The translations under genes were made by a program, and so were the position numbers. Under the pieces are notes generated by a model that saw only the letters and a list, made by a program, of their open reading frames with translations, did no database searches and was not told where the DNA came from. Shown one piece after another: positions 40,203 to 59,030 of a DNA stretch of 64,000 nt (position 1 is its first letter; each line of letters begins with the position of its first letter). This DNA is from the human T2T-CHM13v2.0 reference genome, Homo sapiens, in assembly GCF_009914755.1 (NCBI RefSeq), contig NC_060932.1; one strand, given 5' to 3'.

Positions 40203-40746
40203 AAATCTCCGTTTTTTAAACATGATTTTTCACTGGAAGTCTTACCACCATGTACACCTTAAACTCTCCATCCCCAGATAGAATGGGTTGTGAAGCTTCA
40301 CTCTTTACCTATTCATGGGGATTATGTCCCTAGAGGCTGCTGTCAGGTGCCAGCAGGGATTTTATGGATCATTACCAAGGAAATGATGGTAAATGTCCCC
40401 ACCGAGTGGCATTGGTTTCTAAGCATAGTACAAGGAGTAGGTTGCACCCTGCACCTCCCAGGACTTTCCCTCTGGACACTGTTTTTACAGAGGGTGTTAG
40501 AGTGGCTACACCGAGGCACAGGATGCTAGGGCAGTCAGAGTAGGGATTGACGCATCACTCTCTGAACCTGGCAATTGGCATCAAAAACAGGAGAAAAAGC
40601 AGGCTTCGTTTTCATTTACTCTCCTAGTTGTATTTGTGATTCAGCATTCCATGCTGTATTGGTAAAGGGAAGAAATTACTTTTTGTGGGGGTCATGCCCC
40701 CTTCCTTTAATCAACTGAAGAGTCTTGTAAAGCTGATGCACATGTA

Positions 40747-41087
<341 letters not shown>

Positions 41088-41363
41088 CTATGAGCCAGAG
41101 AGATGTTTGTATTGAACTTGGGCCTGAAAAAGTTTCACATTCATTTTTAGAGTATAAGGAATGCTGGAATACCTCTGGCACATTGATTTATGAAACATTT
41201 TAAGATCATGTTCACTTTCTTCTCCACCAGATATCTATTTTCTCTACTTTGAACCCCCCACAGATGACCCTGTTATGAAGTGTGCTGCATATGAAGTTTT
41301 TGCGGGGTGGTTTATCCCCCACTGCAGTTCTTGGGCACTGGCCATTCACACACGGAGCTCTAG

Positions 41364-41608
41364 CCTTTAGGGGCCAGTGCTCAATTAAAAAATCAATGGA
41401 ATTAATATAAACCTGAGTAAATTATCAATGGGAAAGTATGATTTAGCTTACAAAATTAATTTGTAACTTTCCAAAATGTTTTCTGATTGGTGAAGCCAAC
41501 TTCCCCAGAAGTAAAACTCCTTACGACCTCAACTCAATACCTGATACCTGGTTCTCACTTGACTGGCTTATAGGAGGGGCCTAATAAATGTGGCTAAAAT
41601 GAAATTAA
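41364..41608 (+). repeat. Local direct duplication, copy 1
   Basis: Aligns to 43370-43617 with about 25 substitutions and 2 indels by hand count. Confidence 0.95.
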
Positions 41609-43159
41609 CGCTGTGTTCATCACCTATGTACAGTGGTCATGTTCATAACCGAATCTGCAGCTCTTCTAAGGTAGTCTCCAAGAGGGTTAAGCCAAAGTAA
41701 ATTGCCTCATTTGGAGCCTTTGAGAGCATCTCTCTTACTTTTAGCAGTCTTTGGTCACTACACATTAGATTAAGATGCTAAGTATAATAAAGAAAAAATT
41801 ATATGAATATATGACTTTAAATCTACCATTAAGAAACAGGAAATTAAGAGATCGCTTGAAGACATTTTATGCCAAATCTGCAACAATTTTGAATTTCTTA
41901 TTATATTTTATTAATAATACTTCATGTTATACATGTTTATAGTATCTTATTAATTTTAAACTCCACTATGTTTAAAACCATTTTATGATTATTAGACCCT
42001 TTCATTCAGTCAGTATCTTGTTTTTCAGACGACTGAAACCTGGCTTTGAAGTGCTACCTGAAGTGTTCTTAAGTCTCATACTGAGAAGTCACCTCTTTAT
42101 TGGCACTTAACGTTACGCATAAATAGGACCACTGTGCACTTCTTAGGACATTCCACAGAGAGTGCTACTTCTGTTGTAAATTTGTGCAATATTGCTCTCA
42201 TATGTAAAATACTCTACAAACTGCCACCTTTGCAAAGTTCCCAGTCCCCTCACTTGTCAGTGATGGATGGTGATGCTTTAAGGGTCCATTTCAATAGAGG
42301 TATATTTCCCCCAGTAAAGACAAAGGAATGTTAATGGGCTAATAGCTCCGTACTGTCATGACTGACTTATGTGATATTGCACAAGGTGAGGACAGTGGAG
42401 CTGGTATTTTGTTTGGCATTCACCAGGCACTTCAGCCCTTTAGTGCATCATCTCCCTTCATTCTCACAACAGATAGTTGATGGGACACATAGCACGTGAT
42501 CATGGGGCTAGATCTGAGCTCACACCATACACCGTCTGGTTGCAGATCTGTGCCTCTAAACAGTCTTGCCAAGTGTCCAGTGTGCTTTAGGTGCCAGGTG
42601 CTTCACAGACTTCGGAGGTAAATATTTTCCTACTATTTAGAAGTCATGTTTTTTCAGCACATTAGATTTTCTGAAGGTTTCTCTGAACAAAAGAACTTGC
42701 TGCAGATGCCAACCAAGATTCCTCCTCAGGGGTGTTTACCATGTAGTAGTGCCAAAGAAACCAGCGCTGTGCGTCACCTTCTACCTTATCTAGAGCCCTG
42801 GAGAGGTCACCTATCTGTCTGTGACTTAGATCGGTGGGCTTCGCTTCCAGTTCTCTGATTTAAGGCTTCTGTTAGAGCAGCAGCTGTAGCAATTTGCTTT
42901 TTGAATAGGCATATACATTTCACAAGCACTTTCACTTCAGCGGCCTGGAGGGGTGGAGTAAACTGTTATATCAGCTTCATAGATGAGGCAACAGAGCATC
43001 AGAGAAAAGGGACCTCTCAAAGCTACATGGGTCATAACTGGAAAAGCCAGGATACAAGCTCCTCTGCCTCATTCGCCATCACAACTCCAAAACTTGACCT
43101 CTCTCTCTGGGGCCATCTCCTCATTGGCTCATCGGCAGAATGAATGAATTGAACTCCAG

Positions 43160-43335
43160 CAGTGATTTTCAAACCCTGTTCCCTGGAGTATTAGTGGTTT
43201 CAAGGCTGATGGGGATTGAGATTTGGGTCTCTCCTTTAGCCAAAACCACTCTGCATTCATCTATTTTGCATACCAATGTTCCACATTGTCTTTAAAGAAA
43301 GCTTCTGTAGTAAGAAAATACTTTGAAGATTACTG
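43160..43335. mobile_element. Small hAT-Charlie-type MITE remnant
   Basis: Degenerate TIRs CAGTGATTTTCAAAC / CTTTGAAGATTACTG. Confidence 0.55.
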
Positions 43336-43369
43336 ATCCTCAAAGTTTTTATTACATTCTAAACTTTAA

Positions 43370-43617
43370 CCTTTAGGGGCCAGTGCCCAGTTTAAAAATC
43401 AATTGAACTAATATAAACATGAGTAAATTATCAATGGGAAAGTAAATTGGTCTTACAAAACTAATTTGTAACTTTCAAAAATGTTATCTGTTGGGTGAAT
43501 CCAAGAGGCTTCCCCAGAAGTAAAACTCTCTAGGACCTCAACTCAATACCTGATACCTGGTTCCCACTTGACTGGCTTATAAGAGGGGCCCAGTAAATGT
43601 TGCTAAAATGTAATTAA
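43370..43617 (+). repeat. Local direct duplication, copy 2
   Basis: Aligns to 41364-41608. Confidence 0.95.
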
Positions 43618-45466
43618 AAGAAAAAAATTTATTTTGATAGTAGTTTTAAGTAACACACAGACTATCAAAATGTATTTATTTTACACCTGTTGTAGTATGC
43701 TAGGATTATAAATATTCTACAATTAATTTTAAAGGACAATCACAATTTTAGTTTCTCCATTGAACTTTATTTTGCTTCATTCATATATATATTCAGTGAG
43801 TCTTCCCTCTTACCCAAGTCTCTCCATAAATGTCTTCATTATTTTACTGACTTGATGAATTCCCAGTTCCAAATGACGCTTCAAGTCATATATCTAGTTT
43901 AAAACTCCTGCAGTAAAATAACATTTCTAGACAGAATTCTGAATTCAACGAAATGTGTTTCTTTCTCTATAATACATTGTCTGTGTTATCTTCATTCTTG
44001 GAAGAGATTTGAGTAGAAGGATTGTATATGCTTCTTTTTATGGGATGCTATGAATATGAATACTTATTTAACAAACCAAATTATATTTCTCTCATTCCCC
44101 AAACTTTAGAAAGTTCTATGATTTCAGTTGATGGCACACACTAGAATTTGTGTAGAAGTTACAAGGAAATGGAGCCGCACTTGAGAGTTGCACCTTCATC
44201 TTGGGTTCAGCAGTGTCCTTAGAGTGAAAAGAGGGTGGAGGAGTTCTAACTGCATTCCAAGACCAAGTGATATTCTGTCCAAAAACTATCAAGGACAGAC
44301 TTCTCTGCTTTTAATACTAGCTTTTTGATCAGAGGGCTCATGGGGTGCAACATGTACACCAACTTGCTGCCTTGTAAACTTGATCCTTTGTAAATCTGTG
44401 ACATTTTTCCTTGTTACAAGAGTTTTATATTCTCATGTATATAAATACTGCCTTTGACAGGATAAGAGACTAGTGCCATGAATATTCCTTTAGCAGTGGT
44501 AAAAACTCTGCAATAAAGCTTTGACGTTTTAAGATGACAATCAAATGGTCCAACAAAGGGCAGGAGAGGCTAAAGTAAAAACCTTCACAGATGAATGGTT
44601 TTATTTCACATCAACTCTATGGTCTTAATGCTGCCTATCGGAGGCACATTTTTGCATCAGCCACATGAATTGGTGAACTTTAGTGTATATGGATCATAAA
44701 GTATTTCTTCACTTGAAGGTCATCTGTGGCTAAGCTGTAATTTCTGCAGTTCTGTGAAAATTAGCACTCTCTATCAACCTTGTCATTTGAATTGGGGATC
44801 TTTATGTAGATGTTTGATGCTTCTATTTCACTGCTGCTTTCCCTCTGCTATAGTGCTTAAAACAAATGGTGTCAGATTCACTCTAATCTAGTTTTGTGGT
44901 TTAATTTACTTGTGGGTGCCTTGGTTTTGTGGGTTTTGCTTTCCACAAAAAGATGTAATAGAATCTGATCTCACAGGCATTACCTTCTACACCCAAGGGC
45001 TTTTTCCCTCCCTTGTCACTTCTTCCCTATTAGCAGACATCATTTTACTTCAGGATTATTTGATTTGGTGTGATAAATGGATTAAGATCAAAATTAGCAT
45101 CAAAATAATTATGGCAATTTGAAAAGACATCCATTGGGGGAACACTGTAAACACTCCAACTTCATAATGATAGGATACAGACATTTTGAGAAAAAGCTAT
45201 TGTACAGAGGCACTGATGACAGGTTTTACTTCTGAGTTAGTTATTGTAAAAGCTCACATAGCTCTTATTTATTTTTGATCAGGAGATCATGTTTTAGAAG
45301 AAAGCATTTCATGGAAGTAAAATGGCATCAAAACTATTGCTTACTTTGAAAACATATTTTTGCCATTTGGCATTTTCTAGAAAATTGTATCCTTTATACA
45401 CATGCAGTATGATTTCTGTCCTTCTCATACATTAGCAGGATTCAGTAGCAGACTTTCTATTAAATA

Positions 45467-46201
<735 letters not shown>

Positions 46202-47977
46202 TAGTTTACTCAAAATAAAGGCTAAAGTATCTGTATACCCTTCAGATAATTCCTTTAAGCATCTCAGTGGTTTCATCTCAGTATTTATAAAGATTGACTT
46301 GAGATTTTCCCCACAAGGCCTTTGAGCTCAGATTCTATTGTGTGTTTTTTGTGGAAAGCAAAAACCATAAACTTAAGGCACCCACAAGTAAATTATAATT
46401 TTTAATATGAGCAATACTAGTAACATTAACAGTAGTAAATATAGCAGTTAACAGATATGAGATGCTTGCTATGCACTTCACACCCTTTTAAGCATTTACT
46501 TGGATTTCTCACTGAATCCTTACAGCCCCTTGGTCTAGATGAGGCAGTGCAAGGCAGGTATAGCCATGCCTTTGCTCTCCTAACCAAGGGCCCTTCTACT
46601 AAAGCATGCTCTTTAGTTATCCAAACAGTCTCTGTAGTGGGCCAAATGTTAATGCCTCTCGAAAAGGTGAACATGGTAAGACAAGATGAGGGCATTTTCA
46701 TACTCCTCTCTTCAGCTGGGAGTATGTTTTAAGCAAAGCAGAATGAAAACATTTCCCTTAAAGAAATAGGCTCAGTGAAGACTCCCTCATTCCAGGATGT
46801 GAGAGTGCCTAGCGTCAGGTTACCTAGCTTCCATGTCTTTGTTTCCAGCTCCTCGGGGTAGCCTCTCCCTTACCCAAGCACAGGCAGATTCTGGTCATCA
46901 CCAGGACATTTATCACAGCTCAGGTGTCCTGCTTATGCTCGCCAAGGCCCTGCTGGACGGCAGGCACTCCTTGCAGCACAACCCCATGAAGGGTTTTGGC
47001 TCAGCCCTCCTGTCTCTCAGGATTCCACCTCAGAATTTTATAATCACGTCGGCTGTAGCTCACAGCATAATGAGATCTGTGGATGACCTTATCACCACCA
47101 GGCTTCCATCAGAGCCCATGCCTGATGGTCACTGGCAGACTGAAGAAGAGAAAAAAAAATAAGCATAGGTAATTTTTACATATTCATGACAGATGCCCCC
47201 CATTCAGCATTCTTATAAAAATACGATCCTACTGAAACTCATTTTTAATGGTGACCCTGAAAATCCAAAATGGGGATCTTGCTTCTCCCCTCCATGTGGT
47301 CTCTGGGTTACAAGGAACATGTGAAATGATCCCTGCATGGCAGAGCAGCCTGTTACCATGGAGACAGCTTACTACTTTCCCAGCCCTCTGGCTAGTTCCA
47401 GGAACGTTAACTCCATACCAGTTTTAAAGAAATGAAAAGAAGTCTAAGGTTAATATCTAGCTTTTTAAAAGTTATAATTATTGAAAAAAGCACTCAAGTT
47501 ACAAACAGACTCTTCTCATCTGGAAAGGATTACATTTAATATTATTAATAATAGTACTTCATGTAAGCAGAGTAACCACTGCTAAAAGACTCACATTCTG
47601 TTGCTGTTAATTGAGCCTTCCTTTTTCATATTTTACTTTCAGGCTTGGTATTACACTCATCTGGAGGAAAATAATTTTATTTATTCATATTTTGCTGTTT
47701 ATGTATTATTTTTGTCTTTTAAATCTCAACATCCTCATGGAGACATGCTATATTTTTCTTATTTATTTTTTTAATTTTACTCTAAGTTCTGGGATACATG
47801 TGCAGAATGTGCGGGTTTGTTACATAGGTACACATGTGCCATGGTGGTTTGCTGCACCCATCAACCCGTCATCTACATTAGGTATTTCTCCTAATGCTAT
47901 TCCTTCCCTAACCCCCTACCCCCCGACAGGCCATGGTGTGTGATGTTCCCCTCCCTGTGTCCATGTGTTCTCATTGT

Positions 47978-52097
<4,120 letters not shown>

Positions 52098-52160
52098 TAT
52101 GATGCTAGCTGGTTATTTTGCCTGTTAGTTTATGCAGTTTCTTCCTAGTGTTGATGGTCC

Positions 52161-53186
52161 TTACAATTTGGTATGTTTTTGCAGTTGCTGGTACTGGTTG
52201 TTCCTTTCCATGTTTAGTGCTTCCTTCAGGAGCTCTTGTAAGGCAAGCCTGGTGGTGACAGAATCTCTCAGCATTTGCTTGTCTGTAAAGGATTTTATTT
52301 CTCCTTTGCTTATGATGTTTAGTTTGGTTGGATATGAAATTCTGGGTTGAAAAATCTTCTCTCTTAGAATGTTGAATATTGGCCCCCAGTCTCTTCTGGC
52401 TTGTAGGGTTTCTGCAGAGAGATCTGCTGTTAGTCTGATGGGCTTCCCTTTGTGGGTAACCCGACCTTTCTCTCTGGCTGCCCTTATCATTTTTTCCTTC
52501 ATTTCAACCTTGGTGAATCTGACGATTATGTGTCTTGAGGTCGCTCTTCTCGAGGAGTATCTTCGTGGTGTTCACTGTATTTCCTGAATTTGAATGTTGG
52601 CCTGCCTTGCTGGGTTGGGGAAGTTTTCCTGCATAATACCCCTAAGAGTGTTTTCCAACTTGGTTCCATTTTCCCCATCACTTTCAGGTACACCAATCAG
52701 ACATAGACTTGGTCTTTTCACATAGTCCCATATTTGTTGGAGGCTTTGTTCGTTCCTTTTCATTCTTTTTTCTCTAATCTTGTCTTCACACTTTATTTCA
52801 TTAAGTTAAACATCAGTCTCTGATATCCTTTATTCTGTTTGATTGATTTGGCTATTGATACTTGTGTATGCTTCACAAAGTTGTCGTGCTGTGTTTTTCA
52901 GCTCCATCAGGTCATTTATATTCTTCTCTAAACTGGTTATTTTAGTTATCAATTCAGCTAACCTTTTTTCAAGGTTCTTAGCTTCCTTGCATTGGGTTAG
53001 AACATGCTCCTTTAGCTTGGAGGAGTTTGTTATTACCCACCTTCTGAAGACTACTTCTGTCAGTTCATCAAACTCATCCTCCGTCCAGTTTTGTTTCCTT
53101 GCTGGCTAGGAGTTGTGATCCTTTGGAGGAGAAGAGGCGTTCTGGTTTTTGGAATTTTCAGCCTTTTTCAGCTGGTTTCTCTCCGT
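52161..53186 (-). pseudogene. Disrupted L1 ORF1
   Basis: KRNEQSLQQIWDYVKRP and AAREKGRVTHKGKPIRLTADLSAETLQARR fragments; canonical start appears as ACG. Confidence 0.93.
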
Positions 53187-53279
53187 CTTCATGGATTTAT
53201 CTACCTTTGGTCTTTGATGTTGGTGACCTTTGGATGGGGTTTTGGTATGGATGTCCTTTTTGTTGATGTTGACACTGTT

Positions 53280-53323
53280 CTTTTCTGTTTGTTAGTTTTC
53301 CCTTTTCTGTTTGTTAGTTTTCC
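53280..53323 (+). repeat. 22-bp tandem duplication in the L1 5'UTR
   Basis: CTTTTCTGTTTGTTAGTTTTCC twice in tandem. Confidence 0.9.
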
Positions 53324-53889
53324 TTCTAACAGTCAGGCCCCTCTGCTACAGGTCTGCTGGAGGTCCACTCCAGACCCTGTTTGCATGGGTATCACCAGCA
53401 GAGGCTGCAGAACAGCAAAGATTGCTGCCTGTTCCTTTCTCTGGAAGCTTTGTCCCAGAGGGGCACCCGCCAGATGCCAGCTGGAGCTCTCCTGTGTGAG
53501 GTCCTGACTGTCCCCCAGTCAGGAGGCACGGGGGTCAGGGACCCACTTGAGGGGGCAGTCTGTCCCTTAGCAGAGCTCAAGCTCTGTGCGGGGAGATCCA
53601 CTGCTCTATTCAGAGCCAGCAGGCAGGAATGTTTAAGTCTGCTGAAGCTGCACCCACAGCCACCCCTTCCCCCAGGTGTTCTGTCCCAGGGAGATGGGAG
53701 TTTTATCTGTAAGCCCCTGACTGGGGCTGCTGCCTTTCTTTCAGAGATGCCCTGCCCAGAGAGGAGGAATCTAGAGATGCAGTCTGGCTACAGCGGCTTT
53801 CTCTGGCTGCAGTGGGCTCCACCCAGTTCGAACTTCCTGGCAGCTTTGTTTATGCTGTGAGGGGAAAACTGCTTATTCACGCTTCAGTA

Positions 53890-54108
53890 ATGACAGATGC
53901 CCCTCTCCCAACCAAGCTCGAGTGTCCCGGGTGGACTTCAGACTGCTGTGCTGGCTGCAAGAATTTCAAGCCAGTGGATCTTAGCTTGCTGGGTTCCTTG
54001 GGGGTGGGATCCATTGAGGTAGACCACTTGGCTCCCTGGCTTCAGCCCCGTTTCCAGGGGAGTGAACGGTTCTGTCTTGCTGGCATTCCAGGCACCACTG
54101 GGGTATGA
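53890..54108 (+). CDS. L1 ORF0-like antisense ORF, 72 aa (translation unproven)
   Basis: MTDAPLPTKLECPGWTSDCCAG resembles the L1HS ORF0 N-terminus MAGAPPPASLPPCSLISDCCAS, at the matching place in the 5'UTR. Confidence 0.5.
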   Translation: MTDAPLPTKLECPGWTSDCCAGCKNFKPVDLSLLGSLGVGSIEVDHLAPWLQPRFQGSERFCLAGIPGTTGV

Positions 54109-54742
54109 AAAGAAACCCCTGAAGCTAGCTCGATGTCTGCCCAAACGGCTGCCCAGTTTTGTGCAGGAAACCAGGGCCCTGGTGGCATAGGCACCAGAAG
54201 GAATCTCCTGTTCTGAGGGTTGTGAAGACTGTGGGAAAAGTGTAGTATCTCGGCTGGAATGCATAGCCCCTCACAGCTTCCCTTGGCTAGGGGAGGGAGT
54301 TCCCTGGCTCCTTGTACTTCCCGGATGAGGCGACGCCCAACCCTGCTTCTGCTCGCCCTCCGTGGTCTGCACCCACTGTCTAACCAGTCCTAATGAGATG
54401 AGCTAGGTACCTCAGTTGGAGATGCAGAAATCACCCACCTTCTGCATTGATCTTGCTGGGAGCTGCAGACCAGAGCTGTTCCTATTCAGCCATCTTGCCA
54501 GCCCTTTGACTTGCTATATTTTTCATGCCGACTGTCCCTGTGCAGACAGGATACATTCTTGTTCACTCTTCCCTGTTGATAGGAGGTTTTGTAGGTTTTG
54601 TGTGCAGTGTTTCTATTCCTGCTGATTTCTTAGTTGAAAACTGGTGTAATACCTCAAGGGATGTAGACAAATACTCAAGGTTATTTTATAATAAACTGTG
54701 ATGTACTAAAATATTTAAATGTAGTTTTAAGAAAAATGAATG

Positions 54743-54936
54743 CAGGTTGAGCATCCCCAATCTGAAAATCCAAAATCCTAAATGCTTCAAAATCTGAAAC
54801 TTGATGAGCACCCAAATGCCGCTCAAAGGCAATGCTCATTATAAGTATAATGAAACTATTCCAAAATTTAAAAAAAAAAATCAAAATCCAAAACACTTCT
54901 GGTCCCACACATTTCAGATAAGTGATACTCAACCTG
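54743..54936. mobile_element. Tigger4a/MER46A-like MITE
   Basis: TIRs CAGGTTGAGCATC / GATACTCAACCTG; opposite orientation to the copy at 18964. Confidence 0.9.
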
Positions 54937-55907
54937 CATTTAATTATTTAAACTGTATTAAACTGTATTTATTATAGTTTAAAAATTAAACACGTTTAAC
55001 TTCAGCATATAAGTAATTTCAGTATATAAATAAATTTTTGAAACTGAGAAAAGTAAGCTTATCTATTCAGTCTGTTGGGGTCTTGCTTAATACATACCTC
55101 AGTTCTGATCTCTCCTGTCCCATCTGGGCAGATTTAGTACTCTCATATAGCACATTAATTTGCAGATACTTATTGTTATTTCATACCAATGTTAAGATTT
55201 TTAAATAGATATACGGATATGAATACTGTATGTATATCAAACTGTGTTGTCATTCCTTTTAGAGTAGATCTCACCTATGTCTTTTTTAGGTATTTTATTA
55301 CAGTATTTCTTAATGTGCATTTTCTACTATGTGGCCTATTGTATTCTACCTAAAGGGCTTGATGAAAGCTCTGTGTTTTATGTGCTTGATTTCATTTTAA
55401 AGATTTTTATTGATTTCAGTCACTCTCTTCAGTCTCTCCTTACCAACTGCGGGCTCAGCATCCAGAAACACCATGTGTTTGTTCTAGGGTTCCCATATAT
55501 CCTGTCAATTTGCCCACTCTTTCTGCCTCCTCCCAAGCCATTTCTCAGTACTGTCTGGCCAGACCTCTCCTCGTCTAATCACTCTGCCTGTCCCTTTCTT
55601 TTCTCTTGTAACTTAGATTGTAGGGAAATCTTTTGGAAATCAGAGACTGTAAACTCTGGTCTCCTGGTTCTGTGTAATATACAGTGTAAGTATTAATATA
55701 TTTCACAAACTACTAACACTGAAATGGCACTTCCCTGGAGTTAATCTGGTGCTTCCTTTAGATTTTGAAAAAAAAAAAAAAGTCATGGACTCAGTTTGGG
55801 GTACTGGAGTTATTCCCATCAGATACATTCTGAAGCTGGGTGGGCTCCTTCAAAGAGAGCAAGGGTGGTGTATTTTGGTTTTGTTCTCAATTGACTATGT
55901 TTCCTAT

Positions 55908-56378
55908 TGTATAAGTTTTCTAGGCTGCTCTAGCAAAATGCCACAGACTGGGTGGTTGAGACAACAGAAATGTTTTGTCTCACAGCGCTGGAGACTGGAA
56001 ATATGAGATAAAGGTATCAGCAGGGCTGGTTCCTTCTGGGGGCTCTGAGGGAGAATCTGTTCCATGCCTCTCCCAGCTTCTGCTGGTTTGCTGGCCATCT
56101 TCGGTGTTCCTTGGCTTATAAGAGTGTCATCTCCATCTCTGCCTTCATCTTCACATAGTGTTATCCCTGTGTCTGTGTCCAAATTGCCCCTTTTTATAAG
56201 GACACCAGTCTTATTGGATGAGGGGCCCAGCCTACTCCAGAATGACCTCCTGTTAACTCATTAAATCTGTAAAGACCCTATTTGCAAATGGAGAATGTTA
56301 TAGTACAATGCATTCTGAGGTATTGGAGGTTAGAACTTACACTAATGAATTTTGGAAGACCCAATTCAACCCATAACA
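55908..56378 (-). mobile_element. MaLR solo LTR, MLT1C-like
   Basis: TGTATAAGTTTTCTAGGCTGC...GAGGGAGAATCTGTTCCATGCCTCTC...AATTCAACCCATAACA. Confidence 0.92.
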
Positions 56379-56406
56379 CATACCATTGCAATAAAACTGG
56401 TTTTCT

Positions 56407-56921
<515 letters not shown>

Positions 56922-58517
56922 TCATCCTAGCTTAACTTCATTTAAAGAATAAATTAATCGTTTTTAAACTTATGCCAGCAGTTGTTAATTCCCAGATGGC
57001 AGGTGAACTCTCTAAACATTTTTTTAAAACTTTTCATCAAATAGTAATTCCATTTTAACCCAAAAATAGCTTTTTGTTTTCTTTCTTAAAACATGACCAT
57101 GATGCATCGTCAATCAAAATAAACTGAAGTATTTATTAATTACAGCTGTATTGATTTCTACTCTAAACTGACTTCCTCCGAAATCTAGTATGTTTCATGT
57201 TTCAAGAATTAATTTCTTGATGGTACTCTGCTGCACTGTAATTTAGTCATGGTGGATTGAGTCACCAGATATTAAGACAGTCATGATTGCAAATGACAGA
57301 TGGCATCCAGTGGCTCACCATTGTTTGTACCTCTTGGTACCCATTTCTCTGAAGCTACAAGTACAGCCATGAGGCAGTGATAACTGTCTTAGTTGGAGTC
57401 TCAGAGCTCATGCTTCATTTATTCCCAAGGCAAGGCACTAAAAAGCCATAGTTGGAGCTGGAGCACTTGCCAACTTGTATTTCTGCCATTTAGAAGGTGC
57501 TCAGTCCCTACATCTAAAATTTGAAGGGAAAGGAAATCTTCCATATGAATGCCACTTTTCGTTATTTTCCAGACCATCACATCTTACTTTTCCTTTCATT
57601 CAACAATGATAACTTATTCGCCAACACTTTTCAAGAATGTGTTTACATGAAAGCAGAGCAAGCATGTTAAGAGACCCAGACTGCAAATAACTTTGGAACG
57701 GCTTCAGTGTAATTCAAAGTGAGTCATCCTGCCTCAGTTACAGAATGAGCAGCTCTGATTGACAGAACTTGGAAAAGCTAACACAGAGCGGCAAAGGGTA
57801 TTCCCCAAACCTTAATTTATTTCTGTTTGAGAGCAAAAATATTGGGAAATTATCCATCTACAGCTTACCTTTTCTTACTGTGTAATTTGATTTTAATGCT
57901 GGAGGATTTACCGTTTACATAATTTGATCTTCAATGAAATTACTCCTTATGTCCGACTTTTGGTTCAGATTATATCTAAATTAAGAGATTAATAATTATT
58001 TTTAAAGGTAGTGAACTAGCGTAGATCAGATGGTATGATTCCTGACTACGAAAAGGAATTTATTTGGGCAAGGATTACTGGTATGTCTATTGCTTTTGTT
58101 GCGTAAATGAATTGATTTCCACCTACGCCATAACAGTGTATCTCACATGCAACGACTAAGCTGGAGTTGCAGGAGCTTTCTTGTCTGCCACTGCCCTCAG
58201 CCTCCATTCTCCCTTCCTGGTGCCCCAGTACAGCCTCTGTTCTCCTTTTTCATAGTTTCCAGTGGGAGCATCTCCACTTCCCTTCTTTTTGAGGGGCCTG
58301 GTCATCTTCACTTCCACACAGCCCACAAACTTCTCACTTGTATCTCTCCTGGTACAGTAGCCATGCCATAAAACAAGATGGATACTGATCAGTTACTCAG
58401 GCTAGAAACTTCAAAGCCATGAAACAGGTTCAAGAAGAGAGTACTACAATTAGACTTACGCTTTAGAAAAGTCAGTCTTTTACCTGAGCAGTATTATATA
58501 GTACAATGCTTGTTATG

Positions 58518-58540
58518 AAAAAAAAAAAAAAAAAAAAAAA
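58518..58540 (+). repeat. Poly(A) run, A23
   Basis: Homopolymer with no recognisable SINE body upstream. Confidence 0.9.
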
Positions 58541-58680
58541 GGCCAATTGAATTAAACAGCTTTGCAAGGCAGAACAAACTCCTATTTTGTTTAAAATTTG
58601 CTGAACTTTGTAAGGGGGTACAGGAAGGTTTATGCATTTGGGTCAATGAATGCAATATGTACAGAAGGGCATGTATTTCT

Positions 58681-59030
58681 TTCTTTCTTTCTTTATTATT
58701 ATTATACTTTAAGTTTTAGGGTACATGTGCACAGTGTGCAGGTTAGTTACATATGTATACATGTGCCATGCTGGTGTGCTGCACCCACTAACTCGTCATC
58801 TAGCATTAGGTATATCTCCCAGTGCTATCCCTCCCCCCTCCCTCCACCCCACAACAGTCCCCAGAGTGTGATGTTCCCCTTCCTGTGTCCATGTGTTCTC
58901 ATTGTTCAATTCCCACCTATGAGTGAGAATATGCGGTGTTTGGTTTTTTGTTCTTGCGATAGTTTACTGAGAATGATGATTTCCAATTTCATCCATGCCC
59001 CTACAAAGGACATGAACTCATCATTTTTTA
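58681..59030 (-). mobile_element. 5'-truncated young L1 (L1PA2/3-like), about 350 bp
   Basis: CACTAACTCGTCATCTAGCATTAGG, GAGAATATGCGG, TTGCGATAGTTTACTG; approximate TSD ATGT(A/G)TTTCT. Confidence 0.93.

Noticed and set aside
53381-53860. 159-aa + strand ORF
   Set aside because: Antisense reading of the L1 5'UTR; only the ORF0-like frame has a known counterpart
58518-58540. Orphan A23 as the tail of a retrocopy
   Set aside because: No upstream polyadenylation signal, element body or clear TSD
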